Below, in pieces: positions 10,995 to 19,833 of a stretch of 61,188 nucleotides of DNA; position 1 is the stretch's first letter, and each line of letters opens with the position of its first letter. The DNA comes from Candidatus Hydrothermarchaeota archaeon. Its GTDB lineage: Archaea > Hydrothermarchaeota > Hydrothermarchaeia > Hydrothermarchaeales > BMS3B. The position numbers and the translations under genes were made by a program. The DNA lies in contig WANW01000096.1 in the NCBI GenBank assembly GCA_015521615.1, positions 1 through 61,188 of the forward strand, in the 5' to 3' direction. Under the pieces are notes generated by a model. That model did not search any database. It was given only the letters and a program-made list of their open reading frames with translations, and had not been told where the DNA came from.

Positions 10995-12959
10995 CTAATT
11001 CCTCTTCTTAAGTAGCAGTTCCCTCTCGGTGCGGTAGTCGGCAATGAGCTTCTCCAGCCAGCTCTCGAGCTTCGCAGCCTGCTCCATCTCAAGCTTCGCC
11101 TTCTTCTTCTCTATGAGTTCCTCCAGCACGTCCTTCTCTGCAAGGGCGAAGTCGGCAACGTACCTGAGGTTTATCTCCTCTGGCTTAATTATAACCATGC
11201 CCTCAAGCACCTCTCTTGCAAGGTGGGAGGCTCTTTGCATATCCGCGATTATTGCTCTGGGCTTGAGCAGAGCGAGCTCTTCTGCGGCACTCTTTCCAGC
11301 GCCGCTTGTATCGGCGATGTAGACAACATCTCCCTCACCAAGGTGGAACCTCTCCTTTGCGGCGAGCACCTCCTCCCGTGTAAATTTATGTATAACCTTT
11401 ACCACCTCTAAATCAGCCCTTGCCCTGAGCTCCATCTCTCGCTTCATCTCTTCAAGTCTGCGCCTGAGCATGGAGTTTTCTCTCATCGCCTCGTCAAGCT
11501 TCCTTCTGAGTTCGGCGATCGCACGCTCCCTGCGCAGCACTTCTTCATCTCGAAGCACCTCTCTGCGTTCTTTTGCCAGCGCCTCACGCAGCCTGCGTTT
11601 TAGCGTGGCTATGGCGCGTTCCTTTCGCTCAATCTCCCGCTGCCTTTCCTCAAGTTCCTCCCTCAGCAGCTTGAGGTCATTTCTCAGCCTCTTAATTATC
11701 CCCCTGTACTCGTTGGGTATGCTCTCCAGCTTCTCTTCTTCCTCCTCTTCAGGCTCCCGTCTGGCGAGCAGCCTTTTCAACACGCGGTCCAGGCTTTCCC
11801 CGCGGAGTACCGCCAGCTTAATTTCGTCGCGCAGGTGCCATGCATTGACGCTCTGCAGGCGTCGGTCTATGTTCTCAAGCTTGCTCTTCACAGCATTGTA
11901 CGCTTTAAGCGCTGCTGCAATGGCATCCCGCTCATGGGGGTTGCGATAGGACCCCTTACCAAACTTTTCCTCCACAAGCTTTATTTTCTCCTCAACTGCG
12001 AGAGACTGGGAAGGGGTAAAGAGCACAGCATTGAGCTTTGATGCCACCTTTTCCACGAAACGTGGTGCGGGTGAGACGTCGCTCGCCACGATGGCCACGG
12101 CTTTGTATTTCGAAGCCAGGAGTAGCGACTCATGCAATGAGAAATCGCGAGCGCTTACAACCTCAAGGAGTTCACCCTCAAGGTTAATCGCAGCTATGGC
12201 CGTGGTTGTGCCCGGGTCGACGCCAAAGATTACAGTGGTCTTCTCAGCCCCGAGTGGTGTGAAGGTTAGCCTTTCTTTTTCCACTGGTGTTACTTTAATC
12301 TGAACATCACTCCCCCGGGCGCTTTTTATACCTCTGAGCTCAGAGCGTGGTGCATTCACAATAAACTCTCCCCTTGAATAGCCGCTATCTGCGCGCACCG
12401 CCTCCAGGCTGTAGTCGACTTTAAGTTCCTTGAGTTTTGCCTTTATCTCCTTGATGCTCATAGCAATGTTGTTGTGAACCTTCCTGCGGTAGCGGTCCTT
12501 GCTCTGCCCGCCCCGTGTTAGGCTTCTTGCCCTGCTCACAACTATCTTTGTTTTATTCTCAAAGAGTTCAACAACACAGCCGACATTCATGTACGCCAGC
12601 AAAGCGCAGGCTTCTGCCTCCTCCATTGAGCTGGCGTCCCTATGGAGCTTTACCCCATGGTTCTTTGCCACAATGTGCAGCGCCTTGGCTTCGCCAGGAG
12701 GACCGGTAACCTGCACCACCTGTGTTTCCTGGGGCAGTGAATAGAAGAAGGGCTTGAGCTTCTTTTTAGGAAAGAGTTCAAAAATGTTGTCTACCGCGAG
12801 GCGGTCCGGCTTAACCTCCCGAATAAGCTTGAGAAGCTTCCCCCGGGTGAACTCCTCACGCAGTGTTATTTTTCCGTCCTCCAGGAGCACTGCTGAATAG
12901 CGAGGCTGAGCCTTTGCGTGAGGCGAGCCAGCTAATATGTCAATGCCCAGAACTTTCAT
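10995..12959 (-). CDS. DUF460-like archaeal protein: two RNase H/RuvC-like segments plus an Arg/Glu-rich coiled coil
   Basis: The start MKVLGIDILAGS at 12959 is 41 codons inside the track ORF. A second motif VIFGVDPGTTTAIAA resembles the RuvC/YqgF GIDPG motif. A central REELEERQREIERKERAIATLKRRLREA coiled coil is present. Confidence 0.6.
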   Translation of the reverse strand: MKVLGIDILAGSPHAKAQPRYSAVLLEDGKITLREEFTRGKLLKLIREVKPDRLAVDNIFELFPKKKLKPFFYSLPQETQVVQVTGPPGEAKALHIVAKNHGVKLHRDASSMEEAEACALLAYMNVGCVVELFENKTKIVVSRARSLTRGGQSKDRYRRKVHNNIAMSIKEIKAKLKELKVDYSLEAVRADSGYSRGEFIVNAPRSELRGIKSARGSDVQIKVTPVEKERLTFTPLGAEKTTVIFGVDPGTTTAIAAINLEGELLEVVSARDFSLHESLLLASKYKAVAIVASDVSPAPRFVEKVASKLNAVLFTPSQSLAVEEKIKLVEEKFGKGSYRNPHERDAIAAALKAYNAVKSKLENIDRRLQSVNAWHLRDEIKLAVLRGESLDRVLKRLLARREPEEEEEEKLESIPNEYRGIIKRLRNDLKLLREELEERQREIERKERAIATLKRRLREALAKERREVLRDEEVLRRERAIAELRRKLDEAMRENSMLRRRLEEMKREMELRARADLEVVKVIHKFTREEVLAAKERFHLGEGDVVYIADTSGAGKSAAEELALLKPRAIIADMQRASHLAREVLEGMVIIKPEEINLRYVADFALAEKDVLEELIEKKKAKLEMEQAAKLESWLEKLIADYRTERELLLKKRN

Positions 12960-13056
12960 TTTATAACTCAGGGCAGTGTAACGTCTATATGAAAAACATC
13001 GAGGCCAGGAGGAATAAATTTTTAAAACCGCCTGGTGTAATATACCTGGCGATATT

Positions 13057-14367
13057 ATGAAGTACACCAGGCCCAGGGGCACAAGGGATTTTCTCCCCGG
13101 AGAAATGGCAGCCAGGCGTTATGTGGAGCAGAAGATACGCCGCGTGTTTATAAGGTTTGGTTACAAGGAAGTGGCGACACCAACCTTCGAGCACCTTGAG
13201 TTGATTACCGCCAAGTCTGGCGAGGATATTGTGGCGCACCTCTACCATTTTAAAGATAAGGGTGGCCGCGACCTTGCGCTCAGGCCTGAGTTGACCGCAC
13301 CGGTTATGCGCCTGTATGTGAATGAGCTTCAGAACCAGCAGAAGCCCCTGCGTCTGTACTATTTTGGAAACTGCTTCCGCTATGAGCGCCCCCAGGCAGG
13401 CAGGTACCGGGAGTTCTTCCAGGCGGGCGTGGAGCTAATAGGCTCAGCGTCACCTGAAGCGCAGGCGGAGGTTATCGCGCTTGCAAATACAGTGCTTGAG
13501 GAACTCGGTCTAAGGGAGTATGAGCTCCACATTGGCAACATAGGTATCCTCAGAAAAATTCTGGCTGAGAATGGTGTTGGCGAAGAGGATCAGACGCACA
13601 TAATGGGAGTTATAGATAAGGGGGATGAGGCACAGCTGGAAGAGGAGCTTCGCATACTTGGGCTTCCGGAGGAGGAGAAAAGGGTTATCCTTGGCGTGCT
13701 CGAGCTGAAGGGTCCACGCAGTGAGGTAATCGCCCGCGCTGAGGCTCTGCTCGCAGGAAGAGAGACAGTGCTGAGTGAGCTCCGCAGCTTTGAGGAAATC
13801 CTTAATGCTCTTGAGAGCTTCGGGGTTAGAAACTACCGCCTTAACCTAGGTATAGCTCGAGGTCTGGACTACTACACGGGCATGGTATTTGAGATATATG
13901 CCTATAAACTTGGTGCTGAGAAGCAGATATGCGGGGGCGGAAGTTACTCCCTGGCGGAGGTCTTTGGCGGCAAGCCCGTGGCCACAAGCGGCTTTGCTTT
14001 TGGATTTGATCGCATACTGTTAGCCCTTGAAAAGGAGGATGTGAAGCTCTCTGATTCTGAAAGGACGCTATTTATGGTCATACCCATGGGCAGGGAACTT
14101 GTACCGCAGGCGATTGAGATTGCATCTATTGTGAGGAAGAGTTATGCCTGTGAGCTTGAGGTTATGCGCAGAAAGGTTAAAAAAGCCCTTGCCTATGCAG
14201 ATGCCAGGGGGATACCATATGTTATCCTCGTAGGGGAAGAGATCAAGGCTGGAAAAGTGCTCCTTAAAGATATGCGTGCAAAGGAGCAGCGTGAGGTCAG
14301 GGTGGAGGAGCTCGAGAGTGTGCTCTCTGCCATAGCGGGAGACAACCACAATCCTGCGCTCGATTAG
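13057..14367 (+). CDS. hisS: histidine--tRNA ligase
   Basis: The N-terminus RPRGTRDFLPGEMAARRYVE, the motif 2 region FRYERPQAGRYREF, and the C-terminal anticodon-binding domain are all present. Confidence 0.9.
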   Translation: MKYTRPRGTRDFLPGEMAARRYVEQKIRRVFIRFGYKEVATPTFEHLELITAKSGEDIVAHLYHFKDKGGRDLALRPELTAPVMRLYVNELQNQQKPLRLYYFGNCFRYERPQAGRYREFFQAGVELIGSASPEAQAEVIALANTVLEELGLREYELHIGNIGILRKILAENGVGEEDQTHIMGVIDKGDEAQLEEELRILGLPEEEKRVILGVLELKGPRSEVIARAEALLAGRETVLSELRSFEEILNALESFGVRNYRLNLGIARGLDYYTGMVFEIYAYKLGAEKQICGGGSYSLAEVFGGKPVATSGFAFGFDRILLALEKEDVKLSDSERTLFMVIPMGRELVPQAIEIASIVRKSYACELEVMRRKVKKALAYADARGIPYVILVGEEIKAGKVLLKDMRAKEQREVRVEELESVLSAIAGDNHNPALD

Positions 14368-14380
14368 ATAGGGGGAGAGG

Positions 14381-15163
14381 ATGACGAAGTTTGCTGTCAA
14401 GGTGTACTATGACGGCACCGCCTTTTATGGTTCGCAGCGCCAGCCGGAGAAGCGTACAGTAGAGGGGGAGCTTCTCCGCGCCCTGAGCGCCTTTGGTGAG
14501 GTGAGGAACTTCAAGAGTGCGGGGAGAACTGACCGCGGGGTGAGTGCGCTGGGCAACGTGTTTGCCTTCGACATGGAACGCAAACCCGAGCCGCGTGCAA
14601 TAAATGCGCGGCTGAGCAGGGATATAAGGGTGCTCGCAATAAGAGAAGTGCCCGCGGACTTTCACCCGCGCTACGACGCACTCCACAGAACCTACAGGTA
14701 CTTCCTCTACGATGAGGGCTTTGACCTTGGAGCAATAAAGCAGGCGTGCAGTATCCTAGAAGGTGAACACAGCTTCCACAACTTTACCCGCGCCAGGGAG
14801 AAAAACTACACGCGAAGGCTCCTTGAGGTCACCGCTGACAGGAAGGGTGAGGTTATTGTGCTAACCTTCAAGGGGGAGAGCTTTCTCTGGGAGATGGTGC
14901 GCAGGCTGACGAGCGCGATAGCAATGGTGGGGAAGGGTGAGCTCAGCGTTGAGGCACTTGAAGAGGCTTTACACCCTGAAGTGGAGCGGAAATTTTCAGC
15001 GGCACCGCCTGAGTTTCTTGTGCTCTGGCACGTGGCCTATGAGTTTGAGTTTGAGCATGAAGAGTACTCCACGGCACAGCTTGTGGCGCAGCTCAGGGAA
15101 AGGTTCTCGTCGCTGTATGCGCAGGCTGCGCTTGCAAAGGCGATGTTTGAAGAGCTGGACTAA
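14381..15163 (+). CDS. truA: tRNA pseudouridine(38-40) synthase
   Basis: The sequence shows YDGTAFYGSQRQ and the catalytic-Asp motif AGRTDRGVSALGNV. An SD-like GGGGGAGAGG lies upstream. Confidence 0.9.
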   Translation: MTKFAVKVYYDGTAFYGSQRQPEKRTVEGELLRALSAFGEVRNFKSAGRTDRGVSALGNVFAFDMERKPEPRAINARLSRDIRVLAIREVPADFHPRYDALHRTYRYFLYDEGFDLGAIKQACSILEGEHSFHNFTRAREKNYTRRLLEVTADRKGEVIVLTFKGESFLWEMVRRLTSAIAMVGKGELSVEALEEALHPEVERKFSAAPPEFLVLWHVAYEFEFEHEEYSTAQLVAQLRERFSSLYAQAALAKAMFEELD

Positions 15164-16425
15164 ATGCTGAACTTCTCCCTCAGTGCCGACCTGCGAAGCA
15201 CATGCCAGGTGTCACCGCGCAAAATCACCCTGAAGGCATGCTCTATGACCTTCCTGTAAAAATCACAGTAGTAGCTCTTTTTGTACATGCTGCCGTCGGT
15301 GGAGTATATCTCCGCAGGACATGGGGCACCGCAGATGTTTTTGAATAGGCAGATATTGCACTCTGCTATCCATTCAACTGTTCGGCTCATCACCTTTCGG
15401 AAGCCATCTGAGTCTGAGATTTCCTCAATAGTGCTATTGAATATACTCCCTCCGGTGAACTCCTGCATGCCTATAAACTCACCGCAGGGGTAGCACTCAC
15501 CATTTGCAGTAACTGAAAAGAATCTCCTTCCAGCGCCACATGGTGAGATGTCGCACATAAGCACCCTTGCACCTGGAGCAATGATGCCAAGCAGGAGGTT
15601 GGCGAAGTCTCCTATAACTATCCTTCTCCCCTGTTTAGTCAGCTCAATTGCAGTGTCCACAGCTTTAATAAAATCTTTGGCCATCTCCTGCGGTTCAGGT
15701 CGCAGGGCGAGAGAGCCTTTCTGGGTTCCTCTAACAGGATTCATCAGGCAAAGTGAAACCTCCCTCTCATGCAGGAACCTGACCATGTCAGCAAGCTGCC
15801 TCTGGTTGTGCTTCGTTATGGTGGTCACCACATTCAAGCCTCTGTAACGTGAGAGCCACTCAAGTGCCTCGATGACCTTGCTGAAGTGTCCCTGCCCGCG
15901 CAGTGCGTCGTTGGTTACTTCATCAGGCGAGTCGAGTGAGATGCCTATGTTCACCCTCTTTTCCTTTATAAACTCAGCATCCTCCTCGGCTAGCAGCATA
16001 CCATTCGTCTGAATCCCGAAGTGAAGCTCGTTGTGATAATCCTCAATTACCCTGAAGATATTCTCCCTGTTCATCAGAGGCTCACTTCCATGGAATACTA
16101 TTGAGCCCTTTATCCCCCTGCTTTCAAAAAATTCAATTGCCTTCTCAATGACGGCATTCAACTCAGCGTAGCTCATGTTTTTTCCGCGTGACTTTATATT
16201 CTGAGGCAGGTAGCAGTATGGGCATGAGGCGTTGCATTTGTCGGTGGGGTTTACATAAAGCAGAATTATATCTTTGCAGAACCTCAGGTTTTGCATCTCC
16301 TCAATCAGCTCTTTTCTCACGCTGAAATACAGCCCTTCCAGTTTCTTCTGATCCCCAATTCCCCAGAAATTTGTCTCTGGGTCAATCTTAAACTCCACCT
16401 CGTCGATTGTGAGAGTCTGAAGCAT
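15160..16425 (-). CDS. radical SAM / SPASM-domain protein (peptide-maturase-like)
   Basis: The CxxxCxxC motif is CNASCPYC. The C-terminal Cys-rich part reads CDISPCGAGRRFFSVTANGECYPCGEF...CNICLFKNICGAPCP. ATG 16425 is preceded by GGTGGTGAGG; the track start is TTG 16437. Confidence 0.8.
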   Translation of the reverse strand: MLQTLTIDEVEFKIDPETNFWGIGDQKKLEGLYFSVRKELIEEMQNLRFCKDIILLYVNPTDKCNASCPYCYLPQNIKSRGKNMSYAELNAVIEKAIEFFESRGIKGSIVFHGSEPLMNRENIFRVIEDYHNELHFGIQTNGMLLAEEDAEFIKEKRVNIGISLDSPDEVTNDALRGQGHFSKVIEALEWLSRYRGLNVVTTITKHNQRQLADMVRFLHEREVSLCLMNPVRGTQKGSLALRPEPQEMAKDFIKAVDTAIELTKQGRRIVIGDFANLLLGIIAPGARVLMCDISPCGAGRRFFSVTANGECYPCGEFIGMQEFTGGSIFNSTIEEISDSDGFRKVMSRTVEWIAECNICLFKNICGAPCPAEIYSTDGSMYKKSYYCDFYRKVIEHAFRVILRGDTWHVLRRSALREKFSI

Positions 16426-16448
16426 CCTCACCACCAAAAAAGAAAGAA

Positions 16449-16559
16449 TTAGAAGGGCGAATCTTCACTCTGCATCACATAGTGGGTGAGTCCAGCCCCT
16501 CTGTATTTACACTCCATTCTGTAACTCATTTCTACTTTATGTTCATTTTTGTTGTTCAT
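16449..16559 (-). CDS. unannotated small ORF (36 aa; 42 aa if started at ATG 16577), candidate precursor peptide
   Basis: Hand translation of the minus strand gives MNNKNEHKVEMSYRMECKYRGAGLTHYVMQSEDSPF* with TAA at 16449-16451. The ORF ends 23 nt (11 nt if the rSAM gene starts at TTG 16437) upstream of the radical SAM/SPASM start. A TATA-like TTTTATAA lies about 33 nt upstream. It is below the 60-aa track cutoff. Confidence 0.45.
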   Translation of the reverse strand: MNNKNEHKVEMSYRMECKYRGAGLTHYVMQSEDSPF

Positions 16560-16592
16560 ATCTGCCACTCTCTGCATAATTTATACTATTTC

Positions 16593-16600
16593 TTATAAAA
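16593..16600 (-). promoter_or_regulatory. TATA-box-like element (TTTTATAA on the minus strand) upstream of the small ORF / radical SAM pair
   Basis: An AT-rich box lies about 33 nt upstream of ATG 16559. The usual -26 spacing places the transcription start about 11 nt before that ATG (inference). Confidence 0.35.
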
Positions 16601-16680
16601 GAAAGTAATATTTAAGCTTTTCCTCAAATAACATTGATTAGAAAATCAAGTTTGCTTGATTAGCACAAGAACCTGCCGGT

Positions 16681-17100
16681 TTATCTTGTGAGCAGGTACC
16701 CGGCGACAATTGCCAGAGCAATACCTGCGGCATTAACTGCCTTTATTTTCTCTCCCAGGACGAGCACTGCAAGTATGGCGCTCACAGCAGGGTAAAGGGC
16801 TGTAAGGGGTATAACGATGCTTCCAGGATATCTTTCCAGGGCGAGCATGAAAAGCAGTGAGGCGGTTACACCCACCACTGTTCCCAGCGTCAGCATTGCC
16901 GCCGGCTGTGAGACAGGGAAGCTTATTCCCCTGTAATAGAGGTAAGCGAGGATGATAAGGTTTGTAATCATATAAATCACGTTGGTCACAAAAAGAGCGC
17001 GAAATAAACCAAGTCTATCAACACCATACTTGTAGAGAAAACCCCACAGGCCCCAGAGGATAACTATCGCAAGACCAAGCACTGAAATCTCGAGTTTCAT
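16681..17100 (-). CDS. EamA-like (DMT superfamily) small transporter, single-domain
   Basis: The protein is 139 aa with 4-5 hydrophobic helices, and the pattern resembles half-size EamA proteins. Confidence 0.6.
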   Translation of the reverse strand: MKLEISVLGLAIVILWGLWGFLYKYGVDRLGLFRALFVTNVIYMITNLIILAYLYYRGISFPVSQPAAMLTLGTVVGVTASLLFMLALERYPGSIVIPLTALYPAVSAILAVLVLGEKIKAVNAAGIALAIVAGYLLTR

Positions 17101-17227
17101 GGCTCAGAAAGCGGGGTTAACGTTTTAAGATTATATAGGAACAAAGCATCACACCGGAAGCCTCGATTCGGATAACCGGCACAGGAAAATTTTTAAGCGT
17201 TGCCTCTTATTCAGATGACGTGGTACC

Positions 17228-18106
17228 ATGCTAGACGCCAGCATAGCGATGCAGGTGCTGTTCTGGGGCATATACGCTGGATGCATCTACATGCTTCTTG
17301 CCACAGGTTTAACCCTTATCTTCGGGGTAATGAAGGTTGTAAACTTCGCCCATGGCGAGTTTCTGATGCTTGGATCCTATATCACCTTCTGGATAGTCTC
17401 ACTTTTGGGGATAAATCCGTACGTCGCAATTTTGCCTTCCATGATTCTGCTTGGCTTACTCGGGATAGCCGTTGAGCGTCTGGCTTTTCGCCCAATCCTG
17501 GGCACGGGTAAGCTGAATGAGATCTTCGTCAGCCTCGGTTTAATCTACATCCTGCAGAATGGTGTTGCTTTTCTCTGGGGCGATGATTTCAGGAGCATGC
17601 ACAGCCCCTATGCGGCGAAAACCATACCCCTGGGCAGCATAAACCTGCCTCTTGATTATGTGATTCTTGTGTTCTTTACCGCGGTAATCCTCCTGGCACT
17701 TCACCTGTTTCTAAAAAAGACGAGCCTTGGCAGGGCGATGCGGGCGACAAGTCAGAATAGAAAGGCAGCAATGCTCATGGGTGTCAACGTAGAGCGCATA
17801 GACATGCTCTGCTTTGGTCTCGGCGTGGCTCTCGCAGCAGCAGCGGGCTCGCTATGGGCGATAAGCGGCCAGCTCTTCAACCCATACTCTGGCTCCCTCC
17901 CCGCAATCAAGGCCTTTGCAATAATAATACTCGGCGGGCTGGGGAGCATTCCAGGAGCAATAGTGGGAGGACTCATCTATGGCATAGCAGAGAACGCAGG
18001 CGGCTACCTTTTTGGTAACTACTGGAAGGACGCAATCTCTTTTCTGATACTTATTGCGGTGCTTGTGGTAAAGCCCCATGGCATATTCGGGGAGGGTGAG
18101 GAATGA
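17228..18106 (+). CDS. livH: branched-chain amino acid ABC transporter permease (LivH type)
   Basis: A typical LivH N-terminus is present (GCIYMLLATGLTLIFGVMKVVNFAHGEF). The protein is multi-TM and 292 aa. Confidence 0.8.
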   Translation: MLDASIAMQVLFWGIYAGCIYMLLATGLTLIFGVMKVVNFAHGEFLMLGSYITFWIVSLLGINPYVAILPSMILLGLLGIAVERLAFRPILGTGKLNEIFVSLGLIYILQNGVAFLWGDDFRSMHSPYAAKTIPLGSINLPLDYVILVFFTAVILLALHLFLKKTSLGRAMRATSQNRKAAMLMGVNVERIDMLCFGLGVALAAAAGSLWAISGQLFNPYSGSLPAIKAFAIIILGGLGSIPGAIVGGLIYGIAENAGGYLFGNYWKDAISFLILIAVLVVKPHGIFGEGEE

Positions 18107-19026
18107 GACAGGGACTTCTACTCTGGCTGGTGGCGCTTGCAATTGCCCTCCTTTTACCTCTCGTCGCTGGCAAAAGTCCCTACCTTATGAAGGTTCTCAT
18201 AATAATGATAATCTTCATAATCTACACCCATGCGTGGAATCTGCTGGCATACTCAGGGCAGGCATCTCTGGGCCATGCGGCATTTTTTGGTATCGGCGGC
18301 TATGCCTCAGCACTCCTCGCCTCAAAGTTTGGGGTGTCACCGTTTCTTACAATCTTTATAGGTGCTGCCTTTGCGGCCATCGCAGGTGTGTTTGTTGGTA
18401 TAATATGTGTTCGTCTGCGCGAGTGGTTCCTCGCGATGGTTACCTTCGGCTTTTCTATAATAGTGGGCACCATTTTCCTGAATCAGTTCACCTCCATATT
18501 TGGTGGTGTTGACGGTATGCCTGCGAAGCGCTTCTTCAGCGCCACCCTGGAGCACCGCTACATGTACGAGTACTACTTTATGCTGCTCATCGCCATTGCC
18601 ACCACCCTGCTCATCTACTTTATAATGCGCTCAAGGCTCGGCTTTGCCTTTGCGGCGATACGCGAGAATGAGCTCGAGGCAAAGGTGCTTGGAGTTAACA
18701 CCACCAAGTACAAGCTCATAGCTTTTCTGATAAGCACATACCTCGCTGGCTTGGCAGGGGCGCTTCAAACGCATAGCTTTGCTTACATTACGCCTGAGAT
18801 TTACAGTGTGCACAACTCCTTCTGGCCAGTGATTTATGCAATAGCCGGCGGCCTGGCGACGCTGGAGGGGCCGATAATAGGCACCGTGGCGATAACTCTA
18901 ATCTGGGAGGGGCTCAAGAATCTGGGGCTCAGCTTCGGACGCTTTGTGATTATTGGCCTGCTCCTGGTGGCAATGGTAATATTCAGGCCACGAGGTCTGG
19001 CAAGCATCCTTGACAGGTGGAGGTAG
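18103..19026 (+). CDS. livM: branched-chain amino acid ABC transporter permease (LivM type)
   Basis: An ATGA overlap with livH is present. The motif GQASLGHAAFFGIGGY is typical of LivM. Confidence 0.8.
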   Translation: MRQGLLLWLVALAIALLLPLVAGKSPYLMKVLIIMIIFIIYTHAWNLLAYSGQASLGHAAFFGIGGYASALLASKFGVSPFLTIFIGAAFAAIAGVFVGIICVRLREWFLAMVTFGFSIIVGTIFLNQFTSIFGGVDGMPAKRFFSATLEHRYMYEYYFMLLIAIATTLLIYFIMRSRLGFAFAAIRENELEAKVLGVNTTKYKLIAFLISTYLAGLAGALQTHSFAYITPEIYSVHNSFWPVIYAIAGGLATLEGPIIGTVAITLIWEGLKNLGLSFGRFVIIGLLLVAMVIFRPRGLASILDRWR

Positions 19027-19028
19027 TT

Positions 19029-19808
19029 TTACACCCTGGCTTCATCTAGCGCGGAAGCACAGCCGCATCGGCGCTCCTCGGGCACAAGCTTCACCGCCTC
19101 GAGTATTATTTTTTTAAGCTTCTCCTCGTTCTGCTTCACAACCTCAATTACCTCTGTGGCGGTGAGCTTTTCCTGCTTTATACCGGCGGCGTAGTTTGTT
19201 ACAGTTGCTATGCTTGCGTAGCAAATCTCCAGCTCCCTCGCGAGCACAACCTCCGGAAAGCCGGTCATCCCCACAATATCACATCCCAGCGTAGCTAGCA
19301 TGCGTATCTCAGCGGGGGTTTCAAAGCGTGGCCCCTCTGTTGCAGCGTACACTGCCTGCTCTTCCACCTCGCTAGCGGTGGCTTTCGCAGCATTTATAAG
19401 AACTTCTCTGAGCTCCGGGCAGTAGGGCTGGGTCATGTCCACATGCACCGCCTCGTTATCGTAGAAGGTGGTACTCCTAGTGCGCGTAAAATCTATGAAG
19501 TCGTGGGGCACGACAATGTCGCCAGGAGAGAGGCTGGGGTTTATACCCCCCACGGAGTTGGTGGCGATTATCCGGGTTACACCAAGCTGCTTGAGCGCAT
19601 AGATGTTGGCGCGGTAGTTTACCCTGTGCGGTGGCAGCTCGTGCCTTATCCCGTGGCGGGGCATAAATACGACGCTTCTCCTGCCCAGCTCTCCTATAAA
19701 TGCAGGTGAAGCCTCACCGTAGGGAGTTTCAATGACTTTTCTCTCCCGCTCCCTGAATACCTTTGGGTCGTATATTCCCGTCCCGCCTATAATAGCTATG
19801 CGCTGCAT
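19029..19808 (-). CDS. mtnP: S-methyl-5'-thioadenosine phosphorylase
   Basis: The sequence contains MQRIAIIGGTGIYDP, FMPRHG and a PNP/MTAP family signature. It is 259 aa. Confidence 0.8.
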   Translation of the reverse strand: MQRIAIIGGTGIYDPKVFRERERKVIETPYGEASPAFIGELGRRSVVFMPRHGIRHELPPHRVNYRANIYALKQLGVTRIIATNSVGGINPSLSPGDIVVPHDFIDFTRTRSTTFYDNEAVHVDMTQPYCPELREVLINAAKATASEVEEQAVYAATEGPRFETPAEIRMLATLGCDIVGMTGFPEVVLARELEICYASIATVTNYAAGIKQEKLTATEVIEVVKQNEEKLKKIILEAVKLVPEERRCGCASALDEARV

Positions 19809-19833
19809 AAGCTATGCTTTCTCTGGCGGTATA

